Notes under the pieces: model-generated
The model's database searches: none
The model's input: the letters and a program-made list of their open reading frames with translations, nothing else
What the model was told of the DNA's origin: nothing
NCBI GenBank assembly: GCA_963745075.1
Contig: CAVUWV010000030.1
Location: forward strand, 1 to 64,000
Reading direction: 5' to 3'
Length of the DNA: 64,000 nucleotides
DNA from: Candidatus Hydrogenedentota bacterium
GTDB lineage: Bacteria > Hydrogenedentota > Hydrogenedentia > Hydrogenedentales > SLHB01
Part shown: one piece after another, positions 20,249-28,936 of the stretch
How the letters are laid out: every line of letters starts with the position of its first letter
Position numbering within the stretch: position 1 is the stretch's first letter
Made by a program: the position numbers and the translations under genes

Positions 20249-20312
20249 TATACTACCGCTTGGGGAATACCATAGCTCGAGTGCCACGCATGGCGTGTTA
20301 AGGAGTTGTGCC

Positions 20313-21224
20313 ATGAAGAGGCGGACGTTTTTAGGGGCAGGCGCTGGTCTCGTTGCCGGTGGTCTGCTTGTTCCGTGTGCGTCGGCGGAGACGGAATCCG
20401 TTCCCAGGGACGGAATGGGGATGCTCGTTGACACGACGGAGTGCATTGGGTGCCGGAAGTGCGAATGGGCATGCGCCCATGAAAACGGGCTGAGCGATGC
20501 ACCAGTCGAGGGCTACGAGGACGAAACCGTCTTCTCGGATTCCCGTCGTATGTCGGCGGATGCATTCACGGTCGTCAACCGATATCCGAATCCGGAAAAC
20601 GAAGAGAAGCCGATTCATGTGAAGTCGCAATGCATGCACTGTCTCGACCCGGCGTGTGCGTCGGCATGTATCGTGGGTGCGTTGCGGCGTGAAGACAATG
20701 GGGCGGTGTCCTACGACGCGGGCAAATGCATGGGATGCCGCTACTGTATGGTGGCGTGTCCGTTCCAAGTGCCGGCGTACGAGTACGAGAACGCGTTGAC
20801 GCCGAAGGTTCAGAAGTGTTCGTTCTGTTTTGAACGTGTTTCGAAGGAGGGCCGAATCCCAGCCTGCGCGGAAATGTGCCCGACGATGTCACTCACGTTC
20901 GGGAAGCGCTCGGAATTGCTGGACGTGGCCCGGGAAAAGATTGCGGCGGATCCGGACCGGTACGAGCCGCACATCTACGGCGAACATGAAGTGGGTGGCA
21001 CGTCGTGGCTGTATCTGGCAGCGCGGCCCTTCGATCAATTGGGATTTCTCGATGTCGGAGATCGTCCGCCGCCGCGCTTAACTGAGACGATTCAGCACAG
21101 TGTTTTCAAGTACGGCGCATTGCCCGCCATGCTGTTCGGGCTGCTGGGGGTGGCGATGCGGACCCTGGATCGTGGTGAGAAAGCCGCCACGAATCGGGCA
21201 GAAGAAAGCGACGGTGGGTCATGA
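20313..21224 (+). CDS. Tat-exported 4x[4Fe-4S] protein, HybA/HmcB/NrfC family
   Basis: RRTFL; CIGCRKCEWAC, CMHCLDPACASAC, CMGCRYCMVACP and CSFC...CAEMCP; YGEHEVGGTSWLY; C-terminal TM. Confidence 0.92.
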   Translation: MKRRTFLGAGAGLVAGGLLVPCASAETESVPRDGMGMLVDTTECIGCRKCEWACAHENGLSDAPVEGYEDETVFSDSRRMSADAFTVVNRYPNPENEEKPIHVKSQCMHCLDPACASACIVGALRREDNGAVSYDAGKCMGCRYCMVACPFQVPAYEYENALTPKVQKCSFCFERVSKEGRIPACAEMCPTMSLTFGKRSELLDVAREKIAADPDRYEPHIYGEHEVGGTSWLYLAARPFDQLGFLDVGDRPPPRLTETIQHSVFKYGALPAMLFGLLGVAMRTLDRGEKAATNRAEESDGGS

Positions 21225-22474
21225 ATGCAGCGTTTACTGCGCGGCCTGTCCATCAGCGTTTTCTGACGCCGGGGGTATTGGTGTTGATCGGTTTGGTGGG
21301 GACGGCGCTGGCCATCGCCGCATACCGTTTCGTATTTGGTCTGGCTTCCGTTACGAACCTGAACGATCAGTACCCGTGGGGAATTTGGATCGCCATCGAC
21401 GTGGCGACGGGCGTAGCGTTGGCGGCGGGTGGTTTCACGACGGCCGCGTTGACGCATATTTTTCATCGGCATCGCTATGAAGCGGTCATGCGGCCGGCGT
21501 TGTTAACGGCGCTGCTGGGCTACACGTTCGTTGCGCTGGGGCTGATGGTCGACCTCGGGCGGTACTACAACATCTGGCACCCCATGCTTCCCTCGATGTG
21601 GCAAGGCAATTCGGTCTTGTTTGAAGTGGGCATGTGCGTGATGGCGTACCTGACGGTGCTTTATATCGAGTTTACGCCGGTCGTATGTGAACGGTTCATT
21701 GGGCGGGTCAATCTCCCGGGACCGCTCCATGGCTTGAACGGCGCCGTGGACCGGTTGCTGCGGGTGCTTCGCAGCACGCTGGGACGCGTCATGTTTTTCT
21801 TCGTCATCGCGGGCGTGGTGTTGTCGTGCATGCATCAGTCTTCGTTGGGCGCGCTGATGCTGATTGCGCCGACGAAGATGTCCCCGCTGTGGTATACGCC
21901 GATTCTACCGCTTTTGTTTCTGCTGTCGGCGATTGCGGTGGGGTATCCGATGGTCGTGGTGGAATCGATGTTGGCATCGCGGGCGTTCCGGCGCAAGCCC
22001 GAGATGGATATTCTCACGCCGTTGAGTTCGATCATTCCGATCCTGTTGGGCATTTACTTTCTGGCCAAGGTAGGCGATTTGGTCTTGCGCGATGCACTTG
22101 GGCTGGCGTTGGACGGTTCGACCGTGTCGTACTTCTTCCTCGCGGAAATGTTTTTTGGGGTCATGCTGCCGCTCGGCATGTTGCTGACGCGGCGTGTCCG
22201 GCGTTCTCCGCGATTGTTGTTTACGGCCTGTGCCTTGATTGTGCTTGGCGTCGCGTTCAATCGGATCAACGTGTATCTCGTTGCGTACCGGCCTCCCTTC
22301 GCGGAATCGGCGTATTTCCCATCGATTTGGGAGATCCTGATTACGGCGGGTCTCATTTCGACGCTGGTACTGGTCTACCGGGCCGTGGTGACGATCTTTC
22401 CGGTGCTGCCCGATGAACCGGACGAGGGCCACAGCCATTCCGCTTCGAGCGAGCAGATAGGAAGTGCCGTATGA
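21221..22474 (+). CDS. NrfD/HybB/HmcC-family integral membrane quinone-interacting subunit
   Basis: TNLNDQYPWGIWIAIDVATGVALAAGG, DLGRYYNIWHP and HQSSLG motifs; about 10 TM helices. Confidence 0.92.
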   Translation: MNAAFTARPVHQRFLTPGVLVLIGLVGTALAIAAYRFVFGLASVTNLNDQYPWGIWIAIDVATGVALAAGGFTTAALTHIFHRHRYEAVMRPALLTALLGYTFVALGLMVDLGRYYNIWHPMLPSMWQGNSVLFEVGMCVMAYLTVLYIEFTPVVCERFIGRVNLPGPLHGLNGAVDRLLRVLRSTLGRVMFFFVIAGVVLSCMHQSSLGALMLIAPTKMSPLWYTPILPLLFLLSAIAVGYPMVVVESMLASRAFRRKPEMDILTPLSSIIPILLGIYFLAKVGDLVLRDALGLALDGSTVSYFFLAEMFFGVMLPLGMLLTRRVRRSPRLLFTACALIVLGVAFNRINVYLVAYRPPFAESAYFPSIWEILITAGLISTLVLVYRAVVTIFPVLPDEPDEGHSHSASSEQIGSAV

Positions 22475-23604
22475 GATTGCCGGTTGCCATACCGCTGATC
22501 GTGTCTCTCGTGGGTTTTGCGTCGTGGGCCGAGGAGGCCGCCACGCCGCAACATCCAGCCGAAGCGATTGCCCAGGACTGCCGCGTGTGCCACGCCAGTG
22601 CAACGCCCACGCCCGAGCACGCGGAGTTGAACGCGTGCCCCCGGCATATCGCGACGATCGCCGAGGAGCACGATGATTCCGAAGCGCCGGATGTGTTCAT
22701 CCTGGACAAACTGTCGGATATCTATGTGCCGGTCGTGTTCCCGCACAAGCTGCACGCGGAAATGACGGAGATGGGCCAGGGCTGTGAAGTGTGCCACCAT
22801 CGCAATCCGCCGGGACGGATTCTGGCTTGCGATGAATGCCATGGGGGGCCGTCCAACCCGCAGAATCTGAAACAACCGAGTTTGAAGGGTGCGTACCACC
22901 GTCAGTGTTTAAGTTGCCACCGGGAATGGACCCACGAGACGGACTGTGTGATTTGTCACGCACGCAAGGACCCCAACAAATCGTACACGCCGCCGCCGGA
23001 AGATACGGACATCATGGGGATGCTGCATCCGAATATCGAGACGCCGGACGTGAAGGTGTATGTGACGGACGATCTCGAGGATACGCCGTACGCGACATTC
23101 CATCACAAAGAACACGTCGAGGTCTTCGGCCTTCAGTGCGTGGATTGTCATCGGGAGGAGAGTTGCAGCAACTGCCACGACACGATCGCGCGGCCCGCGC
23201 GCGTTCGTGAAGATCCTCATGAGGACTGCGTGCGATGTCATACACCGGAAACGGACGCGGACTGCACCTTTTGCCACGCGGAGGCCCCGCTGGGACCGTT
23301 CAATCACACGGAACGAACGGGGTTCGATCTCACGACATTTCACGCCGAGCTGACCTGCCGCAATTGCCACAAAGGCGAAACACGGTTCGAGAAACTCGAC
23401 CCGGACTGCACGAGCTGTCACGCTCCGGACTGGGTGCCGGAAGGGTTCGATCACGCGCGTACCGGTGTTGAACTCGACGAGACGCATAGCGGGATTGACT
23501 GCACGGGATGCCACGCCGAGGGACTCGGGAAGCCGCTATCCTGTGCGTTCTGTCACGATGACGGCCGGACCTCGTTTGAGGTGGCCGAGAAGGAGCCGGG
23601 CTGA
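22471..23604 (+). CDS. Periplasmic multiheme cytochrome c (c3-like), 13 CxxCH motifs
   Basis: Signal peptide; CRVCH, CEVCH, CDECH, CLSCH, CVICH, CVDCH, CSNCH, CVRCH, CTFCH, CRNCH, CTSCH, CTGCH, CAFCH; VVFPHKLH and LKGAYH c3 motifs. Confidence 0.92.
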   Translation: MRLPVAIPLIVSLVGFASWAEEAATPQHPAEAIAQDCRVCHASATPTPEHAELNACPRHIATIAEEHDDSEAPDVFILDKLSDIYVPVVFPHKLHAEMTEMGQGCEVCHHRNPPGRILACDECHGGPSNPQNLKQPSLKGAYHRQCLSCHREWTHETDCVICHARKDPNKSYTPPPEDTDIMGMLHPNIETPDVKVYVTDDLEDTPYATFHHKEHVEVFGLQCVDCHREESCSNCHDTIARPARVREDPHEDCVRCHTPETDADCTFCHAEAPLGPFNHTERTGFDLTTFHAELTCRNCHKGETRFEKLDPDCTSCHAPDWVPEGFDHARTGVELDETHSGIDCTGCHAEGLGKPLSCAFCHDDGRTSFEVAEKEPG

Positions 23605-23624
23605 ATCCGGCCAGGATGTCGGCG

Positions 23625-24062
23625 TTACACGAGGAAGGCGTTCAGTGCAATTTCCTGAAGCCCCGGGCCGACCAGTTTGGATATGGGACAGCCTTCTTTG
23701 GCCTGATTTGCCAAGGTTTGGAATTCGTCGTTTGAGATCCCGTCCGCTTTGGCTTTGGTGTCGAGTTCGATTTTGGTAATCGCGAACCCGCCGTTCGCGG
23801 ACTCCAAATGCACGCGGGCGTCGGTCTTGATGGATTGGGGTTCGTAGCCCTTGTCGCTCATCTGCGCGGCCAGGGCCATGCTGAAACAAGACGCGTGTGC
23901 AGCCGCGACCAATTCTTCCGGATTGGTGCCTTTCGCATCTTCGAAACGAGAACGGTAGGTCACGGGTGCGTCGTCGATCGCGCCGCTGTCCACGGAAACG
24001 TGTCCGTTCCCTTGTTTCAGATTTTGGGTCCAGTTCGCGCTCGCCATTCGTGTCTTCGGCAT
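23625..24062 (-). CDS. osmC: OsmC-family peroxiredoxin
   Basis: SRFE..KGTNPEELVAAAHASCFSMAL...AKEGCPISK. Confidence 0.92.
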   Translation of the reverse strand: MPKTRMASANWTQNLKQGNGHVSVDSGAIDDAPVTYRSRFEDAKGTNPEELVAAAHASCFSMALAAQMSDKGYEPQSIKTDARVHLESANGGFAITKIELDTKAKADGISNDEFQTLANQAKEGCPISKLVGPGLQEIALNAFLV

Positions 24063-24093
24063 CGTATATCCTCCCTCGGTTTCTCGTTGCTGA

Positions 24094-25305
24094 CTATGCA
24101 TGCACCGCTTGTCCGCGCAGGTAGATGTCCCTCGGGACTTCACGTCCTTCGGTGACGCAGATCTTTGCGCGGCGCCGTTCTTCGTCGATGCGATTAAGCA
24201 CAAACGCACCCTTCACGATTCCGTTTGCGAGCCACCACGTACTGAAATTGCCATGCTTCACATCTCCGACGTGCAGGACTTCGTCCGTGTCTGCCGTATC
24301 GCCCCAGAATTCCCAGGACAGATCGAACATGTCGGAGAACAGGTAGGGAACTTCGTCGAAGGCCTGGTGTTGGCCGAGCATGTTGCGCGCCGCCAGGTTG
24401 CCTTGGTCTACGGCGTTTTGCCAGTGTTCGACGCGGCGGGTGGAGCCATAATGAAGGTCCCGGTATCGGGCCACGTCGCCGGCGGCGTAGATGCCGTCCG
24501 CAGGCGTTGCCAGGAATTCATCCACGAGGATGCCATCATCGCAGTCGAGACCGGCCGCTTCTGCCAGCGCAGTTTCGGGGACAACGCCGATGCCGGCGAT
24601 GACCGTGTCGGCCGGAAAGGTATCGCCCGACTCGGTGCGGACTTCGATGCCGTTACCGTTCGTCGCGACCTCCGTCACGCGTTCATGATTGTGGAGCGTC
24701 ACGCCGTGGCCGGTGTAGTAACGGGCAAAGTATTCGGCCATTTCGGGCGTGAAGAAGGCCGGTAACGGCCGCTCGCCCGGAAAGAGCAGATCGACCGGTT
24801 CACCCTGCATCGCGAGGCTGGCGGCCACTTCCATGGCGATGAACCCGCCCCCGATTACTGCTGGATGTTCCTCACGGCGCGCGTTGTCTCGAATGTGTTC
24901 GGCGTCTTCGATACGTCTCAGGTATTGGATTGGAGCCCCTTCGCTCGGTGCTCCGAGCGTTCGGACGCGGGAACCGGTGCACAGGAGCATTTTCTCAAAT
25001 CCGATGGTATCGCCGTTTTCCGTTTCAACGTGCCGGCGTTCGGGATCGACAGCCGCGACGCGCGTGTTCAACTGAAGGTCGATGCCATGTTGATTGTAGA
25101 AAGTTGCGTCATTGATTAGAACGTCGTCGCGATCCTTGTCGCCACGAATATATGCCTTGGACAGGGGCGGCCGATCGTAGGGCGGGTTCGCTTCGGCGGA
25201 CAGGATTGCGACCTCGCCAGGTTTCAGGTCCTGCCGCGCAAATTCCTGCGCTGCGTTCCCCGCCGCCGGGCCGCCGCCCACGATGAGATGGTTATACGTA
25301 CGCAT
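24094..25305 (-). CDS. FAD/NAD(P)-dependent oxidoreductase (ferredoxin/monodehydroascorbate reductase-like)
   Basis: IVGGGPAA, PYDRPPLSK, VIGGGFIAMEVA, IYAAGDVA and RVEHW motifs; AAAGGAGG SD. Confidence 0.9.
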   Translation of the reverse strand: MRTYNHLIVGGGPAAGNAAQEFARQDLKPGEVAILSAEANPPYDRPPLSKAYIRGDKDRDDVLINDATFYNQHGIDLQLNTRVAAVDPERRHVETENGDTIGFEKMLLCTGSRVRTLGAPSEGAPIQYLRRIEDAEHIRDNARREEHPAVIGGGFIAMEVAASLAMQGEPVDLLFPGERPLPAFFTPEMAEYFARYYTGHGVTLHNHERVTEVATNGNGIEVRTESGDTFPADTVIAGIGVVPETALAEAAGLDCDDGILVDEFLATPADGIYAAGDVARYRDLHYGSTRRVEHWQNAVDQGNLAARNMLGQHQAFDEVPYLFSDMFDLSWEFWGDTADTDEVLHVGDVKHGNFSTWWLANGIVKGAFVLNRIDEERRRAKICVTEGREVPRDIYLRGQAVHA

Positions 25306-25418
25306 GGTCGCCCTCCTTTCTGTAGATCGGGCGTAACGGATCACTCTTCGCGGCGTCGCGTTCGAGCGAAGGTTCACGCTCAGGACGCTTCCACTCGGAT
25401 CGCGACGCCGCTGATTGG

Positions 25419-25437
25419 GAAGTGCAAGCGATATGCC
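25419..25437 (-). promoter_or_regulatory. Putative sigma54 promoter (leftward; oxidoreductase-osmC)
   Basis: Minus strand reads cGGCATATCGCTTGCActtc, GG-N10-GC. Confidence 0.65.
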
Positions 25438-25582
25438 GAGTCGGTTCTGCGTGTTCATGGGGGCGGCGGTAAGGATCTTGCTAAATCGACGTATAAAAAG
25501 TGCACGTACCGTTACCAAACTGCACGACAAGAAGCGATACACCTCATGGACGCCCGCTGTAACGATCTTATCGTGTCACGCT

Positions 25583-25601
25583 GGCATATCGCTTGCACTT
25601 C
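25583..25601 (+). promoter_or_regulatory. Putative sigma54 promoter (rightward; rhodanese)
   Basis: tGGCATATCGCTTGCActtc; exact 19-bp inverted copy of 25419-25437. Confidence 0.7.
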
Positions 25602-25648
25602 TATTTTCGAGGAGGGGCGGAGCGGCTGTAGAGAAATGGAGGTACGAG

Positions 25649-25996
25649 ATGAAGACGCTATCAACCAAAGAGCTGCGGAAATTCCGCGATGAGAAACAAT
25701 CGGTGCCAGTTATCAATGTGCTGCCGAAGGAGAACTTTGAGGAACAGCATATTGCGGGCAGCGTGAGCATTCCGATGCAGGAACAGCATTTCGTGGAGAA
25801 GGTGGAAGACGAGGTGAAAAGTAAGTCGACGCCGGTAGTCGTGTACTGCGCGAACAAGCATTGCGACGTATCGCCCAAGGCGGCCCGGCAACTTGAGGAT
25901 GCCGGATTCTCGCAAGTGTTCGACTACGAAGAAGGCACCCAGGGGTGGAAAGATGCCGGTCTTCCCGTGGTAGTCGGGGATTCTCACACGCACTAA
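25649..25996 (+). CDS. Single-domain rhodanese-like protein
   Basis: VINVLP..F...HIAGS, VVVYCANKHC and YEEGTQGWKDAGLPV motifs; GGAGG SD. Confidence 0.88.
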   Translation: MKTLSTKELRKFRDEKQSVPVINVLPKENFEEQHIAGSVSIPMQEQHFVEKVEDEVKSKSTPVVVYCANKHCDVSPKAARQLEDAGFSQVFDYEEGTQGWKDAGLPVVVGDSHTH

Positions 25997-26178
25997 CCAT
26001 TGGGTCTGTAACCCCAATCGGCTCAGAAGCTTCACGTGCCATTCCAAGCTCGTTGGGTTCATAGAGTGCGTGTGAGAATTCCTCAACAGTGAGCCCAGAG
26101 TTTTTCTCGAAAGCATTTCTCACCCCGCCCGAGGTAACGGTTCGCAACACGAAGTCTTTCGTGCGGTGAGAAATGCGG
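25976..26178 (+). repeat. ~200-bp dispersed structured repeat (MITE-like), copy A
   Basis: 15-bp IR attctcacacgcact/agtgcgtgtgagaat, then a gcatttctcacc...ggtgagaaatgc stem; aligns with 32821-33031. Confidence 0.8.
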
Positions 26179-26242
26179 AGTCGGGGCCGCAACAGAGGCC
26201 CCCACAGTCTGCGGGGAGGCCGTTGCGCGACTCGGTGAATCG

Positions 26243-27310
26243 TTAGTGCGTTTTGATGGCGATTTCGCGGTCGCGGCGCGACGATTCGTAGATGGCGTCG
26301 ATAATCTGCTGGATGCGAAGCGACTCGACGGGTTGCACGCGCACGGGGAGTTTTCGTTCGACGCATTCGGTGAAATGACGAACTTCCATGCGGTGGCCTT
26401 CCTGGACGGGAAGCCAGTCGAACTTGGTGCTGGTGAGGGAACGGCCTTCGTAGCTGTATACCCCGGGGGGTTCCGTGGCGATCCCGGCCTTGTCGCCTAA
26501 GATGGAAATTCCACCGCGCTCTTCCGGGATGTTGGCCGCCCAGGAGACCTCGAAGGTCAGGGTAATGTCATTCTCAAAACGCACGTACGCGGAAGCGTAG
26601 TCTTCCACGTCGAATTCCTCGGGAGGGTAGGTTTCCCCCCACTCCCCGTTGCAGAGGTCTTCGCGGTCGCCGAACATCCGATACACCTTACCGGATGCAG
26701 CGACCGGACGGGGACTTCCCATAAGCCAGACCGCAAGGTCGAGCACGTGCACGCCGATATCGATGAGGGGTCCGCCCAAGGACTCATCGCGAAGGTGAAA
26801 CTTGCCCCAGCCCGGGATGCCGCGGCGGCGCAGCCATGTGGCGTTGGCGGAGTAAATCTGCCCGAGTCGCCCGGATTCGACGACCTCCTTGAGCTTTTCG
26901 CTCACGGCCTCGAACCGCATATGCTGCCCGGCCATCAACTTCCGGTTGGCAGTCGTGGCGGCCTTGATCATCGTCCGGCACTCGGTGGCGTTCATGGCCA
27001 TGGGTTTTTCGACAAGCACGTGCGCGCCGGCTTTGAGCGCAGCGATCGTGAGGGGTGCGTGGCAGCGGTTTTGCGTGTAGACCCCGATGATGTCGTACGG
27101 CCCCTCTCGGAGCATGCGCTTGTAATCGGTGTAGACGAGGCGGGCGCCATACTTCTCGGCCTTTTCTTCCGCGCGCTCCTTAATGATGTCGCACACGCCG
27201 ATGAGTTCGACGCGGCCTTCGGCCTCGAGCTCATGCCAATGCGGCAGGTGATAGCGCTCCGATGCGTCGCCCGCGCCGATAATTCCGACCTTCAACTTTA
27301 TTTTGCTCAT
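26243..27310 (-). CDS. Gfo/Idh/MocA-family oxidoreductase
   Basis: VGIIGAG, HVLVEKPMA, RRRGIPGWG and GGPLIDIGVH motifs. Confidence 0.92.
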   Translation of the reverse strand: MSKIKLKVGIIGAGDASERYHLPHWHELEAEGRVELIGVCDIIKERAEEKAEKYGARLVYTDYKRMLREGPYDIIGVYTQNRCHAPLTIAALKAGAHVLVEKPMAMNATECRTMIKAATTANRKLMAGQHMRFEAVSEKLKEVVESGRLGQIYSANATWLRRRGIPGWGKFHLRDESLGGPLIDIGVHVLDLAVWLMGSPRPVAASGKVYRMFGDREDLCNGEWGETYPPEEFDVEDYASAYVRFENDITLTFEVSWAANIPEERGGISILGDKAGIATEPPGVYSYEGRSLTSTKFDWLPVQEGHRMEVRHFTECVERKLPVRVQPVESLRIQQIIDAIYESSRRDREIAIKTH

Positions 27311-28140
27311 TAATGGTCCCCGGGAAGTATCGCTCTGTTGACCCGTTCATCCTGGTTGTCGCGAATCCCCCGATCGCGAACCGTTTCCGGTGCAGGCCCC
27401 AGCGAAACACGTGCGACGTAGGGCAGGTGATCGGACGCGACTCGCGCCACGGGGGTGTCGACAAAGCGGGATGATACGGCATTGATAGAGCCCGACACCA
27501 GCACGAAATCGATTCGTTGGTCCGGCATCGAAGTTGCCGATTCTGCGGCGCCGAACGTGTCCCGGTAGCGCGTCAGTAGGATTGTGATGGCCGGCCCATC
27601 CGGTCTTTCGTTCAGATCGCCGGCAAGTATGGTGGGGAGGTCCCGCGCCAGGTCGACTACACGCGCGGCCTGCTCCTTGCGCGCTTGGGGAAGCAGGTCG
27701 AAATGCGTATTGAGCACATCGATGTCCCGGCCGTCGACATTCACGACCGTTCGGAGACATCCGCGACGTTCGCCGCCTTCAACGAAGGGCAGGGAGAAGT
27801 TCGCTGACTCGACGATAGGGAAGCGGGACAAGGTGCTATTGCCATAGGCGCCGCCTTCCAGATCGAGATTGGGTCCAAAGGCGTATTCCATATTCAAACG
27901 TTTGGCCAGTTCGGCCGGCATGTCGACGCGGTGCGTCCGGGCGCAATTGCGGTCGACTTCCTGGAGACATACGATGTCGGGCCGTTCGTCGGTAATGACA
28001 GTTGCGATACGATCCAGATCCAGGACGCCATCCGTGCCTTCGGCGTGGTGGAGGTTGTACGTTACTACACGAATCTCGGGTTCGGCCGAGAGCGGCAGCA
28101 ACCCGGTTAGAAGCGACAGGGCGAGCGCGGTTCCGAACAT
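27310..28140 (-). CDS. Secreted endonuclease/exonuclease/phosphatase-family protein
   Basis: VVTYNL, LQEVD, YGN, LNTHF, AGDLN, RIDFV and ASDHLP motifs. Confidence 0.9.
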   Translation of the reverse strand: MFGTALALSLLTGLLPLSAEPEIRVVTYNLHHAEGTDGVLDLDRIATVITDERPDIVCLQEVDRNCARTHRVDMPAELAKRLNMEYAFGPNLDLEGGAYGNSTLSRFPIVESANFSLPFVEGGERRGCLRTVVNVDGRDIDVLNTHFDLLPQARKEQAARVVDLARDLPTILAGDLNERPDGPAITILLTRYRDTFGAAESATSMPDQRIDFVLVSGSINAVSSRFVDTPVARVASDHLPYVARVSLGPAPETVRDRGIRDNQDERVNRAILPGDH

Positions 28141-28479
28141 GATACGTTCTGTCCCCCAATTGTGGCTTGTATTCGTGATAATGCCGGTTGAGTGTATCAT
28201 GGTTCCCTGGGTACGAAGGAGTTTCGGAACGGACGTTTTGCGGGGTCTGGTGCGGAGCCGTGCGCGTCTGGTGGGTGGGACGGTGTTTGTAAGTTGGGGT
28301 AAATAATCAGCTTACAGTTCTTCAGAATACGCACTTCCTGGCCTGGCGTCGTTTTGCGATTTGGGAGACCTCGAAGGCTTCACCGGTCGTGTAACAACGG
28401 GGGCGGAAAGTGGTATTACTACTAAGCAATGGGGAAGCATTGCGTGCATGGGAACAGGCAAGATTATACCAGATATAGA

Positions 28480-28508
28480 TTGCGTTTTCGGAAATAGTGG
28501 TGTATACT
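28480..28508 (+). promoter_or_regulatory. Putative sigma70 promoter for the 44-aa micro-ORF
   Basis: TTGCGT-N17-TATACT. Confidence 0.5.
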
Positions 28509-28705
28509 GTGTCCCGCACGCTACATATAGTAGCTTATCTTTCCGACAGACGTATCTGGTGATACGGACGGATGAGATGGGGTCGTTGACCCGTTGTGCA
28601 GCGTCACGGTTTGTCAGTAGGAGGCGTTTGCGCTGGACGGCGGTTGGTTAGGCAGGACGAGTCTTACAAAACGAATCTGCACAAAAGGAAAAGGAGGTGA
28701 CATTC

Positions 28706-28840
28706 ATGAAGCACATCAAGGCATTGACGAAGGTCGATCCGCGGATGGCCGCAGCCCCGACGGGTAAGTGCGACACCATTCTGAAGACGCCGGAAGAGAA
28801 GGATGCGAAGAAGGCCGAGAAGCAGAATCCGAGCAGCTAA
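28706..28840 (+). CDS. 44-aa micropeptide MKHIKALTKVDPRMAAAPTGKCDTILKTPEEKDAKKAEKQNPSS (candidate precursor peptide B)
   Basis: Own translation; AAGGAGGTGA SD 5 nt before the ATG; G/C-ending codons like host genes; terminator behind; only credible gene found in a ~800-bp gap. Confidence 0.8.
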   Translation: MKHIKALTKVDPRMAAAPTGKCDTILKTPEEKDAKKAEKQNPSS

Positions 28841-28873
28841 CTTTCGGTTGTAATTTCCAGTCAGATTATTCCA

Positions 28874-28915
28874 GGCTGCGTCTCTTGCTCGAAGCGAGAG
28901 GCGCAGTCGTTTTTT
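28874..28915 (+). terminator. Rho-independent terminator
   Basis: ggctgcgtctcttgc-tcgaa-gcgagaggcgcagtc followed by gtttttt. Confidence 0.8.
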
Positions 28916-28936
28916 GTGCGATTCACGAGGAACGGA

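Noticed and set aside
28706..28840. True SCIFF/ranthipeptide precursor
   Set aside because: It has only one Cys rather than six, and there is no radical SAM gene in the window. Only the first residues resemble SCIFF.
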